A stretch of 54,681 bases of DNA from Planctomycetota bacterium (GTDB lineage Bacteria; Planctomycetota; GCA-002687715; DRQF01): positions 1 through 54,681 of the forward strand of contig JALTLO010000078.1 in the NCBI GenBank assembly GCA_027001995.1. Direction: 5' to 3'. Positions 50,502 to 54,681 of the stretch are shown piece by piece (position 1 is the stretch's first letter; each line of letters starts with the position of its first letter). The notes under the pieces are model-generated. The model did no database searches, was not told the origin of the DNA, and saw only the letters and a list, made by a program, of their open reading frames with translations. A program made the position numbers and the translations under genes.

Positions 50502-51986
50502 TTACTGGGCTTCCTCTTCTTTCCTGGCCGCTTCCAAAGCAGATTCGATTCGTCTTTTGCACTCCTCTGCTCCCAAGAGCTGAGCGCAGTCAAAAAGTCC
50601 AGGACCAGAAGTGCGACGAGTCAATGCTGCCCGCAGAGGATGAACAATCTTGCCGAAACCCACTCCCTGAGACTCAACCCATGCCCTGGCTTTCGCCTCC
50701 AATCCCCCAGGATCTGAAAAATCTCCGGCCAAAAGAATCGGGGCGAAAGCTTCCAGCAAATCGGCGGCACCGTCCTTTTTGAGATTCTTGAGAGCTTTTT
50801 TCTCGAATTCCAAAGAACCGTCGAACACCCAATCCACCAACTCAGTCACTTGACCAAAGTAGCGCAATCGATCCTGCTCCGAGGCTGCAATGAGCTCGAG
50901 CTTCTCGACTTCATCTGGAGTTGGATTTTCTGCAATCCAACCGGCGGCAACGAGATGAGGGCGAATGCCTTCGATAACCTCTTCTCGACTCATGCGCCGG
51001 ATATAGTCGCCGCAGATCCAATCGAGTTTCTCCATGGGCAAACGTGCCCCTGCAGAATTGACACGATCAAAGGAAAAACGCTCAATCAATTCGTCCCGGG
51101 TCATGACTTCTGTCTTGTCGTCAAATGACCATCCCACAAGGGCTAACCAGTTGACCAGACCATCAATGGGATATCCCTTGTTCTGATAGAGTTCCAATGC
51201 AGCTTCCGGATGCTTGCGTTTCGAAAGCTTCCCCTGCCCCGTTGGCCCAAGGATCAAGGGGAGATGAGCAAAGATAGGCGTATCCCAACCAAATGCTTCA
51301 TAGATCACCAGTTGCTTGAACGTGTTAGTGAGATGATCTTCACCCCGCACGACATGACTGATTTCCATGAGGTGGTCATCAACGACCACCGCGAAATTGT
51401 AGATCGGAATCCCCGTAGCTCGAATCAAAATGATGTCTTCAATGTCCTTCGACTTAACCGTGACATCACCACGAATCAGATCCTTCACCACGTAATCCTT
51501 GCCCTCCGGAACCTTCAAACGCCAAGTGTGCTCCTCTCCAAAAGCAATCCTTGCAGCAGAATCTGCTTGAGGAATGTCCCGACATTTTTGGTCGTAGCGC
51601 ATGGTCTCCTTATTGTCTTTTTGGCTTTGGCGAAGCTCAGACAATCGATCACGGCTGCAAAAACAGGGATAGATCGCCCCGGTCTCCTTCATTTTTTCGC
51701 CGTATTCGACGTAAATATCTTGGCGCTCGCTCTGGGAATAAGGGCCAAAATCACCCCCTTGCTCCGGCCCTTCGTCTGGGGTGAATCCCAGCCAATCCAT
51801 GCCACGAAAGATCGTCTCCCGGGCAGCATCGGTGTTTCTTTCCTTATCCGTGTCTTCCATCCGAAGAACCAACTTGCCGCCTACTTGTTTGGCATAAAGC
51901 CAGTTAAACAGCGCAGTTCGGGCACCACCAATGTGAAGATAGCCTGTAGGGCTGGGGGCGAAACGCAATCGGATCGCTGCAGTCAT
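50502..51986 (-). CDS. gltX: Glutamate-tRNA ligase
   Basis: RFAPSPTGYLHIGG, YPCFC, YNFAVVVDDH, RGEDH, KLSKR. Confidence 0.96.
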   Translation of the reverse strand: MTAAIRLRFAPSPTGYLHIGGARTALFNWLYAKQVGGKLVLRMEDTDKERNTDAARETIFRGMDWLGFTPDEGPEQGGDFGPYSQSERQDIYVEYGEKMKETGAIYPCFCSRDRLSELRQSQKDNKETMRYDQKCRDIPQADSAARIAFGEEHTWRLKVPEGKDYVVKDLIRGDVTVKSKDIEDIILIRATGIPIYNFAVVVDDHLMEISHVVRGEDHLTNTFKQLVIYEAFGWDTPIFAHLPLILGPTGQGKLSKRKHPEAALELYQNKGYPIDGLVNWLALVGWSFDDKTEVMTRDELIERFSFDRVNSAGARLPMEKLDWICGDYIRRMSREEVIEGIRPHLVAAGWIAENPTPDEVEKLELIAASEQDRLRYFGQVTELVDWVFDGSLEFEKKALKNLKKDGAADLLEAFAPILLAGDFSDPGGLEAKARAWVESQGVGFGKIVHPLRAALTRRTSGPGLFDCAQLLGAEECKRRIESALEAARKEEEAQ

Positions 51987-52100
51987 GTTCTCACTCCTTT
52001 GAAGTCGCCGATTCTAACGGGGTTGGCCCTGGGGCCCCAGCCAAGTTGAAGAAGACAGATTCCTTGTTGCAAATTCGAGGCAGAGGAAGAGAATGAAACG

Positions 52101-52601
52101 ATGAAGAAACTCACCTTGATCCGCCACGCAAAATCGAACTGGAAACACCCAAGCCTTCCCGATCACGATCGTCCCCTATCCAAAAGAGGAGAAAGGGATG
52201 CTCCAGAGCTGGGACGCCGCTACTTAGAGCATGGAGCCCGCCTGGATCGCATTTATTGCAGCACTGCTTCCCGTGCCAGGGCCACAGCATTGCTCTTCTT
52301 AGATGCTATGGGTCTGGACGACAGTCGCCTCATCATGCAAGAGAAACTCTATTTGGCCACCAAAGAGTTCTTACTTGGGTTCGTCAGCGAATTGCAAGGT
52401 GACGATTCCCAAGTCGCGATTGTGGGGCACAATCCGGGAATGAGCCAATTGGTCCGTCAACTCTCTGACATCGATCTAGGCGACATGCCGACCTGTACCG
52501 TGGTCCAACTGACTTTCGACGTCAGTAGCTGGCCAGAGGTGCCCGCGGCGCGCCCCGTGGAAACATGGCACGATTATCCCCAAAGAACCTGGGGAAATTA
52601 A
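52101..52601 (+). CDS. sixA: SixA-like histidine phosphatase
   Basis: LIRHAKS.W...DHDRPL..RG, S.A.RA..T, VGHNPG. Confidence 0.88.
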   Translation: MKKLTLIRHAKSNWKHPSLPDHDRPLSKRGERDAPELGRRYLEHGARLDRIYCSTASRARATALLFLDAMGLDDSRLIMQEKLYLATKEFLLGFVSELQGDDSQVAIVGHNPGMSQLVRQLSDIDLGDMPTCTVVQLTFDVSSWPEVPAARPVETWHDYPQRTWGN

Positions 52602-52633
52602 AAAACCACCCTGAGCTTTCACTCAGGGTGGCT
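52600..52633 (-). terminator. Rho-independent terminator with U-tract on the minus strand
   Basis: CCACCCTGAG/CTCAGGGTGG stem, with a poly-A on its left on the + strand (poly-U on minus). Confidence 0.8.
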
Positions 52634-52780
52634 TAAGAGCACAAGTGCCCTTGTTTACCATGACCAACGCAGGTGTTCGGACTTCTAAGTTATAGTCACA
52701 CGGGGCTAATCGGGTTACTTCACATTCAGTCTATCGTCCCTTGTTGTTCAGGTATCCTTCTTCACATTTCCCATTCCCAT
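52600..52780 (-). ncRNA. Candidate small RNA B (sigma28-like promoter to terminator)
   Basis: Lies between the promoter motif at 52811-52785 and the terminator. No credible ORF; contains internal direct repeats and several GGA motifs. Confidence 0.5.
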
Positions 52781-52784
52781 GTCT

Positions 52785-52811
52785 TTGTCGGCAAATACCC
52801 ACAGTCCTTGA
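52785..52811 (-). promoter_or_regulatory. sigma28 (FliA/WhiG)-like promoter
   Basis: Minus strand TCAAG-N14-GCCGACAA. Confidence 0.55.
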
Positions 52812-52876
52812 GAGTCAAAACCCAAGAAATTGGGTTATATTAAGAAACTATGTGTTTTTTCGGCTCTCGGTCGACA

Positions 52877-52914
52877 AGAAAAAGCGCCAGCCGATTTCCC
52901 AACGGCAGACGCTT
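52877..52914 (-). terminator. Rho-independent terminator
   Basis: Minus strand AAGCGTCTGCCG-loop-CGGCTGGCGCTT followed by TTTCT. Confidence 0.75.
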
Positions 52915-53097
52915 GAGCAGTAGCTGATTAGCCAAGTCTGAATGACACAACGGCCATTCCCGCTTTAGACCTAGCTAAGGGCCCACGTAAAGAGTAGATT
53001 CAAGGAGGAAACTGCGAAACGTGTGCGAGACACTGCTACCTCCGAGTCGGCCATTTTGCCTTGGCCGAAATCCCCTTTTCGGGCAACTCTTCACTCC
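52877..53097 (-). ncRNA. Candidate highly structured small RNA A
   Basis: Nested long-range helices on the minus strand (AGUUG/CAGCU, GGCCAAG/CUUGGCU, AAUGGCCG/UGGCCGUU, GGAGG/CCUCC) with G-U pairs, bounded by a promoter motif and a terminator. Confidence 0.6.
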
Positions 53098-53100
53098 AAT

Positions 53101-53128
53101 TCATCGGCTCCATTCACTTGCAACTTGA
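53101..53128 (-). promoter_or_regulatory. sigma28 (FliA/WhiG)-like promoter
   Basis: Minus strand TCAAG-N15-GCCGATGA. Confidence 0.55.
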
Positions 53129-53208
53129 ATAAGAATGCAAAAATCTGGGTTTTCTTGAAAATAAGTCAGTACAAAGAGGTGTTGGTGGGAGGTCTTTGAC
53201 CCAAAGGC

Positions 53209-54681
53209 CTATAGGTGAGCCAAGATGTTGGCCAGGATAGGCGATGCCACGGGGACAGGAGCCAAAGTCCGGAGGTTTCTCGACCAAGCGCCGGGATTTC
53301 GTTCCAACACCAATCCCAAGGCACCAATGGCAAAAGTACGAACTTGTGACGAACTCTTCTTGTCTTCAATGATCTTACACAGAGCAGGAATCGATGTGGC
53401 GCACTTCAAGAGACCCAATGCTTGAGCAATGCCGCCTAAGCTATAGGCATCCCCCCTGCTCGTCAGGGCCCGACATAGTTTGTCTGCGGCACTGGCATCC
53501 TTTGACAGCGCTAGGGCCAATGCCCCATCGTGAACCAAGAACCCGTTAGCTCTTTTTGTTTCAGACCAAATTGATTCGGAGATGCCATCAGAGCCCAAAA
53601 GCCCTAATGCCAACCCAGCGGCACTTCGGGCCGTCATCATGGGATGGTCATTGTGGATCTCTTGCAGAAGTTTCTCGGCGGAGACATCCCCTAACAGCCC
53701 CAAAGCCACGCAAATTCCGCCCAGTCCAATGCCATCATCAAAAGAACTTGCCTGAATCAGACTTCGAACGGCTTGAGACGCCTTCAGCCTGCGCGACTCG
53801 TTCTTGGTGGCCGCTGACACCAAAGCAAATGCCAAGTATGGCCTGGATGTGGCGTCAACCTTCCTCAGCTTCATCAGTGCATTAAAATCGTTGTCTGAAG
53901 CATGACGCCCCAAAGCAAGGAGAACCAGTCCCGTGGTGGCAGCGTCACCGCCTTTGTTGAGGCGACGCCACAAAGCGGCATTGAGTTCCTTTGACTTGGT
54001 GACCCCAAGAACCGCTGCTGCCACCGCTGCGCTTCTTGACAACACCACATTGTCGCTGGCCAGTAGAGAGATGACTTTCGTCACCAAAGCGCCTTTACTT
54101 GGCAAAGAGCGAGCCAAGCTCAGAAGCAGCAGGCTCTTGCAGGTATCACTCAGATCGTCGGAGTCGAGTTTCGCCAAATAGGCTTCTTCGTATTCAACAC
54201 AAAGATTCCATGAACGTACGGTACGACCGTAGCGCCGCGCCTGACGCTGCTCTTCTGCACTGGTGACAGCGTGAAGTCCCAGAGCCAAACATGCCGCTCG
54301 ATACAGCTCCCGATCGAATTCTTTTGGTGCGCTGAGCACTTGGTGAAGAGTGTCGTCTGACTTCTTGGCGGGTAACATCCCCAGAGCCAAAAGAGCGACG
54401 CAACGCAGCTCTTTGGCAATCGACTGACGAGGCTGCCCCAAAGCGCGTCTGCCAAACCGCTTGTTGAGGGCCACAGCGCTGAGCAGAGATCTGGCGTCTT
54501 CCGCTCCACTGATACCAAAAGCCAGCAAGATCGCTGACTGGACTTTGAGGGGTGCCGAGCGCAAAGAGAAAATAAGGTCATTGGAGATCGACTTGCTGCC
54601 AAGGCGCGCCAAAGCAACCGCTGCGGCGGAACGCTCATCAACTGTTCCGAACTCAAACTGGCGTCGCAAGATATCCAGGAC
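53209..54681 (-). CDS. HEAT-repeat protein, 5' part outside the window; probable paralogue of 20817..22532
   Basis: R.AA..ALG repeats. C-terminus VRTFAIGALGLV resembles TRAFAIVALGLV of the first HEAT protein. Confidence 0.8.
   Translation of the reverse strand, partial: VLDILRRQFEFGTVDERSAAAVALARLGSKSISNDLIFSLRSAPLKVQSAILLAFGISGAEDARSLLSAVALNKRFGRRALGQPRQSIAKELRCVALLALGMLPAKKSDDTLHQVLSAPKEFDRELYRAACLALGLHAVTSAEEQRQARRYGRTVRSWNLCVEYEEAYLAKLDSDDLSDTCKSLLLLSLARSLPSKGALVTKVISLLASDNVVLSRSAAVAAAVLGVTKSKELNAALWRRLNKGGDAATTGLVLLALGRHASDNDFNALMKLRKVDATSRPYLAFALVSAATKNESRRLKASQAVRSLIQASSFDDGIGLGGICVALGLLGDVSAEKLLQEIHNDHPMMTARSAAGLALGLLGSDGISESIWSETKRANGFLVHDGALALALSKDASAADKLCRALTSRGDAYSLGGIAQALGLLKCATSIPALCKIIEDKKSSSQVRTFAIGALGLVLERNPGAWSRNLRTLAPVPVASPILANILAHL

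Overview
Bacterial chromosomal window, probably from a Planctomycetota-like organism (inferred from the secreted HEAT-repeat proteins, carboxypeptidase-regulatory-like proteins and ECF sigma/anti-sigma architecture; not proven). It begins with a truncated IS66 transposase, followed by a hopanoid/isoprenoid cluster (hpnCDE plus a class I methyltransferase, shc-hpnG, ispH-dxs). Further along are a three-gene transhydrogenase, tRNA-Leu, trmB, secreted HEAT and beta-propeller genes, an ECF sigma with anti-sigma, Ktr/Trk K+ uptake genes, gpmI, fhs, a LysR-ribBX pair, purH, prfB (+1 frameshift), kbl-tdh, valS, tRNA-Glu, gltX and sixA. Signals the ORF track misses: (1) an ArsC/thioredoxin-fold gene with an in-frame UGA in a UxxC motif, coupled to pntB (likely selenoprotein); (2) a secreted-protein gene split by one in-frame UGA that is followed by a SECIS-like GGUC-loop hairpin (candidate new selenoprotein, or a nonsense mutation); (3) up to four unannotated structured small-RNA units, two of them in tandem behind sigma28-like TCAAG-N14/15-GCCGA promoters. 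All calls come from reading motifs by eye; no searches were run.
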